From Escherichia coli (lineage in GTDB: Bacteria > Pseudomonadota > Gammaproteobacteria > Enterobacterales > Enterobacteriaceae), in NCBI RefSeq assembly GCF_044324785.1, contig NZ_CP172127.1: a stretch of 64,000 nucleotides of DNA. One strand, 5' to 3'. The notes under the pieces were generated by a model. That model worked only from the letters and a program-made list of their open reading frames with translations, was not told the DNA's origin and did not search any database. The translations under genes were made by a program, and so were the position numbers. This document shows positions 31,026 through 41,230 of the stretch, in pieces (positions within the stretch are counted from its first letter, which is position 1; every line of letters starts with the position of its first letter).

Positions 31026-32315
31026 AGGAAAAGATCACGTAACGCTCCTTTTTTGTACTAAATAATTCGCATTTTATGTTTAAAAATTGAGATATTCCTC
31101 ATTACCTAAAGCTGTTTTTTATTGCTTACACATGATCAAATACTCCTTACATAATTAAGGATAACAAAATGTAACTTAAAAAATTGATGGAACATATTTC
31201 TATTATCCCCGATTACAGACAAGCCTGGAAAGTGGAACATAAATTATCGGATATTCTACTGTTGACTATTTGTGCCGTTATTTCGGGTGCAGAAGGTTGG
31301 GAAGATATAGAGGATTTTGGGGAAACACATCTCGATTTTTTAAAACAATATGGTGATTTTGAAAATGGTATTCCTGTTCACGATACCATTGCCAGAGTTG
31401 TATCCTGTATCAGCCCTGCAAAATTTCACGAGTGCTTTATTAACTGGATGCGAGATTGCCATACTTCAGATGATAAAGACGTCATCGCAATTGATGGAAA
31501 AACACTCCGGCATTCTTATGGCAAGAGTCGCCGCAGGGGAGCGATTCATGTCATTAGTGCGTTCTCAACAATGCACAGTCTGGTCATCGGACAGATCAGG
31601 ACGGATGAGAAATCCAATGAAATTACAGCTATCCCTGAACTTCTTAACATGCTGGATATTAAAGGAAAAATCATCACAACTGATGCAATGGGTTGCCAGA
31701 AAGATATTGCAGAGAAGATACAAAAACAGGGCGGTGATTATTTATTCGCTGTAAAAGGAAATCAGGGGCGGCTTAATAAAGCCTTTGAGGAAAAATTTCC
31801 ACTGAAAGAATTAAATAATCCAGAGCATGACAGTTACGCCATTAGTGAAAAGAGTCACGACAGAGAAGAAATCCGTCTTCATATTGTTTGCGATGTCCCT
31901 GATGAACTTATTGATTTCACGTTTGAATGGAAAGGACTGAAGAAATTATGCGTGGCAGTCTCCTTTCGGTCAATAATAGCAGAACAAAAGAAAGAGCCAG
32001 AAATGACGGTCAGATATTATATCAGTTCTGCTGATTTAACCGCAGAGAAGTTCGCCACAGCAATCCGAAACCACTGGCACGTGGAGAATAAGCTGCACTG
32101 GCGTCTGGACGTGGTAATGAATGAAGACGACTGCAAAATAAGAAGAGGAAATGCAGCAGAATTATTTTCAGGGATACGGCACATCGCTATTAATATTTTG
32201 ACGAATGATAAGGTATTCAAGGCAGGGTTAAGACGTAAGATGCGAAAAGCAGCCATGGACAGAAACTATCTCGCGTCAGTCCTTGCTGGGAGCGGGCTTT
32301 CGTAATCTTTCCCTG
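31026..32315 (+). mobile_element. ISAs1-family insertion sequence (H-repeat element), copy 2, direct orientation relative to copy 1
   Basis: Same terminal sequences as copy 1 (left GGAAAAGATCACG, right ATCTTTCCCTG); transposase ORF inside. Confidence 0.8.
31187..32305 (+). CDS. ISAs1-family transposase (H-repeat protein), copy 2
   Basis: 372 aa from ATG 31187; the upstream ATG of copy 1 is followed here by TAA (ATGTAA), so this copy starts at the internal Met; a few substitutions relative to copy 1. Confidence 0.8.
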   Translation: MEHISIIPDYRQAWKVEHKLSDILLLTICAVISGAEGWEDIEDFGETHLDFLKQYGDFENGIPVHDTIARVVSCISPAKFHECFINWMRDCHTSDDKDVIAIDGKTLRHSYGKSRRRGAIHVISAFSTMHSLVIGQIRTDEKSNEITAIPELLNMLDIKGKIITTDAMGCQKDIAEKIQKQGGDYLFAVKGNQGRLNKAFEEKFPLKELNNPEHDSYAISEKSHDREEIRLHIVCDVPDELIDFTFEWKGLKKLCVAVSFRSIIAEQKKEPEMTVRYYISSADLTAEKFATAIRNHWHVENKLHWRLDVVMNEDDCKIRRGNAAELFSGIRHIAINILTNDKVFKAGLRRKMRKAAMDRNYLASVLAGSGLS

Positions 32316-32502
32316 CGTTAACCGCCCCTCCTTGACACCACGCTTTTGTCTACATTCTACGCAAACGGCAACTTTTATAACCAGTGTAAAAATAACGTGC
32401 CGCAATAGTCATACCTATTAATGGTAAAAAGCTGTCACAATTCATAAAAAACCTTAATATACGCCACCCTAAACATAACCAGCGTTAATGTAAGGTTTTT
32501 GT

Positions 32503-34740
32503 GTGGACTGGCTTCTTGATGTTTTTGCTACCTGGCTCTACGGCTTAAAAGTAATCGCGATAACGTTAGCGGTCATCATGTTCATCAGCGGGCTGGACGA
32601 TTTTTTTATTGATGTCGTCTACTGGGTACGCCGCATTAAACGCAAGTTGAGTGTTTATCGCCGCTACCCGCGAATGAGTTACCGCGAACTGTATAAACCA
32701 GATGAAAAACCGTTAGCGATTATGGTTCCGGCGTGGAATGAAACGGGCGTCATCGGCAATATGGCCGAGCTGGCGGCGACCACGCTCGACTATGAAAACT
32801 ATCATATCTTTGTTGGCACCTACCCCAACGACCCCGATACTCAGCGTGATGTTGACGAAGTGTGCGCTCGCTTCCCAAACGTGCATAAGGTAGTCTGCGC
32901 GCGTCCTGGCCCCACCAGCAAAGCCGACTGCCTGAACAACGTGCTGGACGCCATCACCCAGTTTGAGCGTAGCGCCAATTTCGCTTTCGCTGGTTTTATT
33001 CTGCATGACGCCGAAGACGTAATTTCACCGATGGAATTGCGTTTGTTCAACTATCTGGTCGAGCGTAAAGATCTGATTCAGATCCCGGTATACCCATTCG
33101 AACGCGAATGGACGCACTTCACCAGCATGACTTACATTGATGAGTTTTCAGAACTGCATGGCAAAGATGTTCCGGTGCGTGAAGCCCTCGCCGGACAGGT
33201 GCCCAGCGCAGGCGTCGGCACCTGTTTCAGCCGCCGCGCCGTGACCGCACTGTTAGCTGACGGTGACGGTATTGCTTTCGACGTGCAGAGTCTTACTGAA
33301 GATTACGACATTGGTTTCCGCCTGAAAGAAAAAGGTATGACGGAAATTTTTGTCCGTTTTCCGGTGGTGGACGAAGCCAAAGAACGCGAGCAGCGTAAAT
33401 TTTTACAGCACGCGCGGACGTCAAACATGATCTGCGTGCGCGAATATTTCCCTGATACCTTTTCGACTGCGGTTCGACAAAAATCTCGCTGGATCATCGG
33501 CATTGTTTTCCAGGGCTTTAAAACCCATAAATGGACCTCCAGCCTGACGCTGAACTACTTTCTCTGGCGCGACCGCAAAGGGGCAATCAGTAACTTTGTC
33601 AGCTTCCTCGCGATGCTGGTGATGATCCAGCTTTTGCTGTTACTGGCGTATGAAAGTTTGTGGCCCGATGCCTGGCATTTCCTTTCTATTTTCAGCGGCA
33701 GCGCATGGTTAATGACCCTGCTGTGGCTAAACTTTGGTTTGATGGTTAACCGCATCGTGCAGCGGGTGATTTTTGTCACTGGCTACTACGGTCTGACGCA
33801 GGGGCTGCTATCTGTCCTGCGTCTTTTCTGGGGCAACCTGATTAACTTCATGGCCAACTGGCGCGCGTTAAAACAGGTACTTCAACACGGCGATCCACGT
33901 CGCGTCGCGTGGGATAAAACAACGCATGACTTCCCCAGCGTGACTGGCGATACCCGCTCGTTGCGCCCGTTAGGCCAAATTCTGCTGGAAAATCAGGTCA
34001 TCACTGAAGAACAACTCGATACAGCACTGCGTAATCGCGTCGAAGGTCTACGCCTGGGCGGTTCAATGCTGATGCAGGGGCTGATTAGCGCCGAACAGCT
34101 GGCACAGGCGCTGGCAGAGCAAAACGGCGTGGCGTGGGAGTCGATCGACGCCTGGCAGATCCCTTCATCACTGATTGCCGAAATGCCGGCCTCCGTGGCG
34201 CTGCATTATGCAGTGCTGCCGCTGCGTCTGGAAAATGATGAGTTAATTGTCGGCAGTGAAGATGGTATTGACCCGGTTTCGCTGGCGGCCCTGACGCGTA
34301 AAGTCGGACGCAAAGTGCGTTACGTCATTGTTCTGCGCGGACAAATTGTCACGGGGTTACGTCACTGGTATGCACGCCGACGCGGTCACGATCCGCGGGC
34401 AATGTTGTACAATGCGGTTCAGCATCAGTGGCTCACGGAACAGCAGGCCGGTGAAATCTGGCGGCAATATGTGCCGCATCAGTTCCTGTTCGCCGAAATA
34501 CTGACCACGCTCGGTCATATTAATCGTTCAGCAATTAACGTGTTGTTATTGCGCCATGAACGCAGTTCTCTGCCGCTCGGCAAGTTTTTGGTCACCGAAG
34601 GCGTTATCAGCCAGGAAACGTTGGATCGCGTCCTGACAATTCAACGCGAATTACAAGTTTCGATGCAATCACTATTACTCAAAGCAGGTTTAAACACAGA
34701 ACAGGTTGCGCAACTGGAGTCCGAAAATGAAGGAGAATAA
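32503..34740 (+). CDS. nfrB: Bacteriophage N4 adsorption protein B (inner-membrane glycosyltransferase family 2, c-di-GMP binding)
   Basis: 745-aa ORF beginning at GTG 32503 (MDWLLDVFATWLYGLKV...); recognised as NfrB. Confidence 0.85.
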   Translation: MDWLLDVFATWLYGLKVIAITLAVIMFISGLDDFFIDVVYWVRRIKRKLSVYRRYPRMSYRELYKPDEKPLAIMVPAWNETGVIGNMAELAATTLDYENYHIFVGTYPNDPDTQRDVDEVCARFPNVHKVVCARPGPTSKADCLNNVLDAITQFERSANFAFAGFILHDAEDVISPMELRLFNYLVERKDLIQIPVYPFEREWTHFTSMTYIDEFSELHGKDVPVREALAGQVPSAGVGTCFSRRAVTALLADGDGIAFDVQSLTEDYDIGFRLKEKGMTEIFVRFPVVDEAKEREQRKFLQHARTSNMICVREYFPDTFSTAVRQKSRWIIGIVFQGFKTHKWTSSLTLNYFLWRDRKGAISNFVSFLAMLVMIQLLLLLAYESLWPDAWHFLSIFSGSAWLMTLLWLNFGLMVNRIVQRVIFVTGYYGLTQGLLSVLRLFWGNLINFMANWRALKQVLQHGDPRRVAWDKTTHDFPSVTGDTRSLRPLGQILLENQVITEEQLDTALRNRVEGLRLGGSMLMQGLISAEQLAQALAEQNGVAWESIDAWQIPSSLIAEMPASVALHYAVLPLRLENDELIVGSEDGIDPVSLAALTRKVGRKVRYVIVLRGQIVTGLRHWYARRRGHDPRAMLYNAVQHQWLTEQQAGEIWRQYVPHQFLFAEILTTLGHINRSAINVLLLRHERSSLPLGKFLVTEGVISQETLDRVLTIQRELQVSMQSLLLKAGLNTEQVAQLESENEGE

Positions 34741-37699
34741 CCTTAATCGCGTCATCGGATGGTCTGGTTTACTGCTGACGTCTTTATTGAGTACCAGCGC
34801 ACTCGCAGACAATATCGACACCAGCGCAGAAGAGCTGGGGCTGAGCGATTATCGCCATTTTGTTATTTATCCCCGTCTCGATAAGGCGCTGAAGGCACAG
34901 AAAAATAACGACGAAGCAACCGCCATCCGCGAATTTGAATATATACACCAGCAGGTGCCGGATAATATTCCGCTGACTTTATACCTTGCGGAAGCCTATC
35001 GCCATTTTGGTCATGATGCCCGGGCGCGGCTGTTGCTTGAGGATCAACTGAAACGTCATCCAGGAGATGCCCGACTTGAGCGCAGTCTGGCGGCTATTCC
35101 AGTTGAAGTGAAAAGCGTTACGACTGTTGAAGAACTGCTTGCCCAGCAAAAATCGTGCGACGCTGCGCCGACCCTGCGTTGTCGCAGTGAAGTCGGGCAG
35201 AATGCCCTGCGGCTGGCACAATTACCTGTCGCCAGAGCGCAACTGAACGATGCGACGTTTGCTGCATCGCCGGAAGGAAAAACGCTGCGAACCGATCTGC
35301 TGCAACGCGCAATCTACCTGAAACAATGGTCCCAGGCAGATACGCTATACAATGAAGCACGCCAGCAGAACACATTAAGCGCGGCAGAACGCCGTCAGTG
35401 GTTTGACGTGCTTCTTGCCGGGCAGCTGGACGATCGGATCCTGGCGCTGCAATCACAGGGGATCTTCACCGATCCGCAGTCATATATTACTTACGCGACC
35501 GCGCTGGCTTATCGTGGCGAAAAAGCACGCCTCCAGCGTTATCTCATTGAAAATAAGCCGCTGTTTACCACGGACGTACAAGAGAAAAGTTGGCTCTATC
35601 TGTTATCTAAATACAGCGTCAACCCCGTTCAGGCGTTGGCGAATTATACGGTACAGTTTGCCGATAACCGCCAGTATGTTGTTGGCGCGACGCTACCGGT
35701 GCTGTTAAAAGAAGGTCAGTACGACGCAGCGCAAAAACTGCTCGCCACCCTCCCCGCCAATGAAATGCTTGAGGAGCGTTATACCGTTAGCGTAGCGACC
35801 CATAACAAGGCTGAAGCTCTGCGTCTGGCACGATTGCTGTATCAGCAAGAACCGGCAAATCTTACCCGCCTGGATCAACTGACCTGGCAACTGATGCAGA
35901 ACGAGCAGTCACGCGAAGCTGCCGATTTATTGCTGCAACGCTATCCTTTCCAGGGCGATGCGCGTGTCAGCCAGACTTTAATGGCGCGACTGGCGTCTCT
36001 GCTGGAAAGTCATCCTTACCTGGCAACTCCGGCGAAAGTGGCAATTTTATCGAAACCCTTACCGCTGGCAGAGCAACGTCAGTGGCAAAGTCAGTTGCCG
36101 GGTATTGCAGATAATTGCCCGGCAATAGTTCGCTTGCTGGGCGATATGTCGCCTTCCTACGATGCCGCCGCCTGGAACCGTCTGGCAAAGTGTTATCGGG
36201 ACACGCTACCCGGTGTGGCGTTGTATGCATGGCTTCAGGCCGAACAACGACAACCGAACGCCTGGCAACATCGTGCGGTAGCCTATCAGGCGTATCAGGT
36301 TGAAGACTACGCCACCGCACTGGCGGCCTGGCAGAAAATCAGTCTTCACGACATGAGCAATGAGGATCTGCTTGCTGCTGCCAATACCGCCCAGGCGGCA
36401 GGAAATGGTGCGGCTCGCGATCGCTGGCTTCAGCAGGCAGAACAACGTGGGCTGGGAAACAATGCCCTCTACTGGTGGCTGCATGCGCAACGTTACATTC
36501 CTGGTCAGCCGGAACTCGCACTGAACGATCTCACGCGCTCAATCAATATTGCGCCTTCTGCCAACGCTTACGTTGCGCGGGCGACAATTTATCGCCAACG
36601 TCATAATGTCCCGGCGGCGGTGAGTGATTTGCGCGCCGCTCTGGAACTGGAACCGAATAATAGCAACACCCAGGCAGCGCTTGGTTACGCCTTGTGGGAT
36701 AGCGGTGATATCGCACAGTCGCGGGAAATGCTCGAACAGGCGCATAAAGGGCTACCGGACGATCCGGCACTTATCCGACAACTGGCCTACGTGAACCAGC
36801 GTCTGGATGACATGCCTGCGACGCAGCACTACGCCCGGCTGGTGATTGATGACATTGATAATCAGGCGCTGATAACCCCACTGACCCCAGAGCAAAATCA
36901 GCAACGCTTCAATTTCCGCCGTCTGCATGAGGAGGTCGGTCGCCGCTGGACGTTCAGTTTCGATTCTTCTATCGGCTTGCGTTCCGGCGCAATGAGTACC
37001 GCTAACAATAATGTCGGCGGCGCAGCACCAGGGAAAAGCTATCGTAGCTACGGGCAACTGGAAGCCGAGTACCGCATCGGACGCAATATGCTGCTGGAAG
37101 GCGACCTGCTCTCGGTTTACAGCCGCGTATTTGCCGATACCGGAGAAAACGGGGTGATGATGCCGGTGAAAAATCCGATGTCCGGCACCGGTCTGCGCTG
37201 GAAGCCGCTGCGCGATCAGATCTTTTTCCTCGCCGTCGAACAGCAGTTGCCGCTGAACGGGCAAAATGGCGCATCCGATACCATGCTGCGCGCCAGCGCC
37301 TCATTCTTTAATGGCGGCAAATACAGCGACGAATGGCACCCGAACGGTTCAGGCTGGTTTGCCCAAAACCTGTACCTCGATGCGGCGCAATATGTCCGCC
37401 AGGATATTCAGGCGTGGACGGCAGACTATCGCGTAAGCTGGCATCAGAAGGTGGCGAACGGACAGACTATTGAGCCTTACGCTCACGTTCAGGACAACGG
37501 TTATCGTGATAAAGGCACTCAGGGCGCGCAGCTTGGCGGTGTCGGGGTCCGCTGGAATATCTGGACCGGCGAGACGCACTACGACGCCTGGCCGCACAAA
37601 GTCAGTCTCGGCATCGAATATCAACATACCTTTAAGGCGATTAATCAACGTAACGGAGAGCGCAACAACGCGTTTCTCACCATCGGAGTGCACTGGTAA
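34727..37699 (+). CDS. nfrA: Bacteriophage N4 adsorption protein A (outer-membrane TPR-repeat protein)
   Basis: ATG at 34727 (MKENNLNRVIGWSGLLLTS...) overlapping the nfrB stop; 990 aa. Confidence 0.85.
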   Translation: MKENNLNRVIGWSGLLLTSLLSTSALADNIDTSAEELGLSDYRHFVIYPRLDKALKAQKNNDEATAIREFEYIHQQVPDNIPLTLYLAEAYRHFGHDARARLLLEDQLKRHPGDARLERSLAAIPVEVKSVTTVEELLAQQKSCDAAPTLRCRSEVGQNALRLAQLPVARAQLNDATFAASPEGKTLRTDLLQRAIYLKQWSQADTLYNEARQQNTLSAAERRQWFDVLLAGQLDDRILALQSQGIFTDPQSYITYATALAYRGEKARLQRYLIENKPLFTTDVQEKSWLYLLSKYSVNPVQALANYTVQFADNRQYVVGATLPVLLKEGQYDAAQKLLATLPANEMLEERYTVSVATHNKAEALRLARLLYQQEPANLTRLDQLTWQLMQNEQSREAADLLLQRYPFQGDARVSQTLMARLASLLESHPYLATPAKVAILSKPLPLAEQRQWQSQLPGIADNCPAIVRLLGDMSPSYDAAAWNRLAKCYRDTLPGVALYAWLQAEQRQPNAWQHRAVAYQAYQVEDYATALAAWQKISLHDMSNEDLLAAANTAQAAGNGAARDRWLQQAEQRGLGNNALYWWLHAQRYIPGQPELALNDLTRSINIAPSANAYVARATIYRQRHNVPAAVSDLRAALELEPNNSNTQAALGYALWDSGDIAQSREMLEQAHKGLPDDPALIRQLAYVNQRLDDMPATQHYARLVIDDIDNQALITPLTPEQNQQRFNFRRLHEEVGRRWTFSFDSSIGLRSGAMSTANNNVGGAAPGKSYRSYGQLEAEYRIGRNMLLEGDLLSVYSRVFADTGENGVMMPVKNPMSGTGLRWKPLRDQIFFLAVEQQLPLNGQNGASDTMLRASASFFNGGKYSDEWHPNGSGWFAQNLYLDAAQYVRQDIQAWTADYRVSWHQKVANGQTIEPYAHVQDNGYRDKGTQGAQLGGVGVRWNIWTGETHYDAWPHKVSLGIEYQHTFKAINQRNGERNNAFLTIGVHW

Positions 37700-38590
37700 A
37701 TGCGTAAGTTCATTTTCGTATTGCTGACACTGCTTTTGGTCAGCCCTTTTTCCTTTGCGATGAAAGGTATTATCTGGCAACCACAAAACCGTGATAGTCA
37801 GGTTACCGATACCCAGTGGCAGGGGCTGATGAGTCAGTTACGTTTGCAAGGCTTCGATACCCTGGTTTTGCAATGGACCCGTTACGGCGATGCATTCACC
37901 CAGCCAGAACAGCGCGCGTTATTGTTTAAGCGTGCCGCAGCTGCGCAACAGGCTGGCCTGAAGCTGATTGTCGGGCTGAACGCCGATCCGGAATTTTTTA
38001 TACACCAGAAACAGTCATCCGCGGCGCTGGAAAGCTATCTTAATCGCCTGCTGGCTGCCGATCTCCAGCAAGCCAGATTATGGAGCGCCGCGCCTGGCGT
38101 AACGCCGGATGGCTGGTACATCAGCGCGGAAATTGACGACCTGAACTGGCGTAGCGAAGCCGCCCGTCAGCCTTTGCTAACATGGTTAAACAACGCGCAG
38201 CGGCTGATTAGCGATGTTTCAGCAAAACCGGTTTATATCAGTAGTTTTTTCGCCGGAAACATGTCGCCCGATGGCTATCGCCAACTGCTGGAACACGTTA
38301 AAGCAACCGGCGTTAATGTCTGGGTACAGGATGGCAGCGGCGTGGATAAACTTACTGCTGAACAGCGTGAACGTTATCTACAGGCCAGCGCCGATTGCCA
38401 AAGCTCCGCCCCAGCAAGCGGCATTGTTTATGAACTGTTTGTCGCCGGCAAAGGCAAAACCTTTACAGCGAAACCGAAACCGGATGCAGAGATCGCCTCG
38501 CTGTTAGCGAAACGTTCCTCTTGCGGTAAAGACACGCTCTATTTCTCTCTGCGCTATTTGCCCGTCGCACACGGCATTCTCGAGTATTAA
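37700..38590 (+). CDS. ybcH: Conserved secreted protein YbcH (DUF4434)
   Basis: 296-aa ORF with signal peptide, starts one base after the nfrA stop; K-12 order nfrA-ybcH-envY. Confidence 0.75.
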   Translation: MRKFIFVLLTLLLVSPFSFAMKGIIWQPQNRDSQVTDTQWQGLMSQLRLQGFDTLVLQWTRYGDAFTQPEQRALLFKRAAAAQQAGLKLIVGLNADPEFFIHQKQSSAALESYLNRLLAADLQQARLWSAAPGVTPDGWYISAEIDDLNWRSEAARQPLLTWLNNAQRLISDVSAKPVYISSFFAGNMSPDGYRQLLEHVKATGVNVWVQDGSGVDKLTAEQRERYLQASADCQSSAPASGIVYELFVAGKGKTFTAKPKPDAEIASLLAKRSSCGKDTLYFSLRYLPVAHGILEY

Positions 38591-38600
38591 ATCCCTTCCA

Positions 38601-38627
38601 GGTAAGTCGGGTACGACCTGACTTACC
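38601..38627 (+). terminator. Hairpin GGTAAGTCGGGT-ACG-ACCTGACTTACC downstream of ybcH
   Basis: Inverted repeat seen 10 nt after the ybcH stop; weak U-tract. Confidence 0.35.
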
Positions 38628-38772
38628 ACTTTCGCTCTCGTCAGAATTCCATCAAGATTAATTGCTAAAAAGCATGCTAAAGAAAGAAGATCGTTATCGG
38701 CGAACGGGCCGATCACTCATGCAGGAAGCATAGATCCTTTGAGCGGAGTTTCTGATATCTGAGGAGTGCGAA

Positions 38773-39534
38773 ATGCAATTGAGCAGCAGTGAACCTTGCG
38801 TGGTGATCCTGACCGAAAAAGAGGTAGAGGTAAGCGTTAATAACCATGCCACGTTTACCCTTCCGAAAAATTACCTGGCCGCCTTCGCGTGCAACAATAA
38901 CGTCATTGAACTCTCAACGTTAAATCACGTATTAATCACCCACATCAACCGCAACATCATCAACGATTATCTGTTGTTTTTAAATAAGAACTTAACCTGT
39001 GTAAAGCCCTGGTCGCGGCTGGCTACCCCGGTTATCGCTTGTCATAGCCGTACACCGGAAGTGTTCCGGCTAGCCGCCAACCACAGCAAGCAGCAACCCA
39101 GCAAACCCTGCGAAGCGGAGTTGACGCGCGCATTGCTTTTTACCGTATTGTCTAACTTTCTTGAGCAATCGCGGTTTATTGCCCTACTGATGTATATCTT
39201 ACGCAGCAGCGTCCGCGACAGCGTCTGCCGCATTATTCAAAGCGATATTCAGCATTACTGGAATCTGCGAATTGTCGCCAGTTCGCTATGTTTAAGCCCC
39301 AGCCTGCTCAAAAAGAAATTAAAAAACGAAAATACCAGCTATAGCCAGATTGTCACAGAGTGTCGTATGCGTTACGCCGTACAGATGTTATTGATGGATA
39401 ACAAAAATATCACTCAGGTAGCGCAATTATGTGGCTATAGCAGCACGTCGTACTTTATCTCTGTTTTTAAGGCGTTTTACGGCCTGACACCGTTGAATTA
39501 TCTCGCCAAACAGCGACAAAAAGTGATGTGGTGA
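38773..39534 (+). CDS. envY: AraC-family porin thermoregulatory transcriptional regulator EnvY
   Basis: 253-aa ORF with C-terminal AraC-type HTH; recognised as EnvY. Confidence 0.8.
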   Translation: MQLSSSEPCVVILTEKEVEVSVNNHATFTLPKNYLAAFACNNNVIELSTLNHVLITHINRNIINDYLLFLNKNLTCVKPWSRLATPVIACHSRTPEVFRLAANHSKQQPSKPCEAELTRALLFTVLSNFLEQSRFIALLMYILRSSVRDSVCRIIQSDIQHYWNLRIVASSLCLSPSLLKKKLKNENTSYSQIVTECRMRYAVQMLLMDNKNITQVAQLCGYSSTSYFISVFKAFYGLTPLNYLAKQRQKVMW

Positions 39535-39579
39535 AGGGCAAAGCGGAAACGGATAAGACGGGCATAAATGAAGAAGAAA

Positions 39580-39624
39580 TGGCGCGCCCTGCAGGATTCG
39601 AACCTGCGGCCCACGACTTAGAAG
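39580..39624 (-). tRNA. argU: 3'-terminal 45 nt of tRNA-Arg(UCU) argU (anticodon loop through CCA): prophage attachment-site remnant (attR-like), not a complete tRNA
   Basis: Reverse complement reads CTTCTAAGTCGTGGGCCGCAGGTTCGAATCCTGCAGGGCGCGCCA, matching the 3' part of argU as I recall it; upstream sequence does not continue the tRNA. Confidence 0.7.
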
Positions 39625-40046
39625 TTCCTAGAACGACATTTTAAGTCAACAACTTACCGCGCCATCTCTGCGCTCACACGTCCCACTACCTCAAAACATG
39701 TAAAGCCTTGCAAGCCATTGTGAGGCCTTATGTGTCTCAGTTTTGTCCCTCTTTTTTGTACCAAAAAACATAGCAATTGAGGATAAACCTCATGCTATTT
39801 TCGCTTATATGCCTCTAAAGGCATGGCGCTTAAATAGATAAAAACACCACAAAAGCATAAAAAACCACACAGTAAAACCGCAACATAAAACAATAACAGA
39901 TAATTAAACCAAAAACAGATAGCGCATTGTGATAATCATTCAATACTAAACAAAATATAAACAGTGGAGCAATATGTAATTGACTCATTAAGTTAGATAT
40001 AAAAAATACATATTCAATCATTAAAACGATTGAATGGAGAACTTTT

Positions 40047-41000
40047 ATGCGGGCGAAACTTCTGGGAATAGTCCTGACAACCCCTATTGCGATCAGCTCT
40101 TTTGCTTCTACCGAGACTATATCGTTTACTCCTGACAACATAAATGCGGACATTAGTCTTGGAACTCTGAGCGGAAAAACAAAAGAGCGCGTTTATCTAG
40201 CTGAAGAAGGAGGCCGAAAAGTCAGTCAACTCGACTGGAAATTCAATAACGCTGCAATTATTAAAGGTGCAATTAATTGGGATTTGATGCCCCAGATATC
40301 TATTGGGGCTGCGGGCTGGACTACTCTCGGCAGCCGGGGTGGCAATATGGTCGATCAGGACTGGATGGATTCCAGTAACCCCGGAACCTGGACAGATGAA
40401 AGTAGGCACCCTGATACACAACTCAATTATGCTAACGAATTTGATCTGAATATCAAAGGCTGGCTCCTCAACGAACCCAATTACCGCCTGGGACTCATGG
40501 CCGGATATCAGGAAAGCCGTTATAGCTTTACAGCCAGAGGTGGTTCCTATATCTACAGTTCTGAGGAGGGATTCAGAGATGATATCGGCTCCTTCCCGAA
40601 TGGAGAAAGAGCAATCGGCTACAAACAACGTTTTAAAATGCCCTACATTGGCTTGACTGGAAGTTATCGTTATGAAGATTTTGAACTCGGTGGCACATTT
40701 AAATACAGCGGCTGGGTGGAATCATCTGATAACGATGAACACTATGACCCGGGAAAAAGAATCACTTATCGCAGTAAGGTCAAAGACCAAAATTACTATT
40801 CTGTTGCAGTCAATGCAGGTTATTACGTAACACCTAACGCAAAAGTTTATGTTGAAGGCGCATGGAATCGGGTTACGAATAAAAAAGGTAATACTTCACT
40901 TTATGATCACAATGATAACACTTCAGACTACAGCAAAAATGGTGCAGGCATAGAAAACTATAACTTCATCACTACTGCTGGTCTTAAGTACACCTTTTAA
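40047..41000 (+). CDS. ompT: Outer-membrane protease OmpT (omptin family)
   Basis: 317-aa ORF MRAKLLGIVLTTPIAISSFA...; recognised as OmpT. Confidence 0.9.
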   Translation: MRAKLLGIVLTTPIAISSFASTETISFTPDNINADISLGTLSGKTKERVYLAEEGGRKVSQLDWKFNNAAIIKGAINWDLMPQISIGAAGWTTLGSRGGNMVDQDWMDSSNPGTWTDESRHPDTQLNYANEFDLNIKGWLLNEPNYRLGLMAGYQESRYSFTARGGSYIYSSEEGFRDDIGSFPNGERAIGYKQRFKMPYIGLTGSYRYEDFELGGTFKYSGWVESSDNDEHYDPGKRITYRSKVKDQNYYSVAVNAGYYVTPNAKVYVEGAWNRVTNKKGNTSLYDHNDNTSDYSKNGAGIENYNFITTAGLKYTF

Positions 41001-41230
41001 CAACGTTAAATAGATTTTCTCCCCGGTGGTATTGTATCGCCCCGGGGAATTTGTTTACCGTTAAGAGCAACAATATCCCCTAAACTTGTAAGCATTTAAC
41101 CTGCCTCCTAACGTGTAAGCTCTTACCACAACACTAGACTCAATATATTCAAATTCGCTATGCCGTGACATCATTTAACACCTTGTAATTCATCGCCATA
41201 ATTGATTTAATTCACAAATAAAACTATAAC

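Noticed and set aside
39625-40046. Possible complete tRNA gene at the envY-ompT intergenic region
   Set aside because: Only the 3' ~45 nt of argU is present; upstream sequence does not continue the tRNA D-arm or anticodon stem, so it is an att-site remnant, not a functional tRNA
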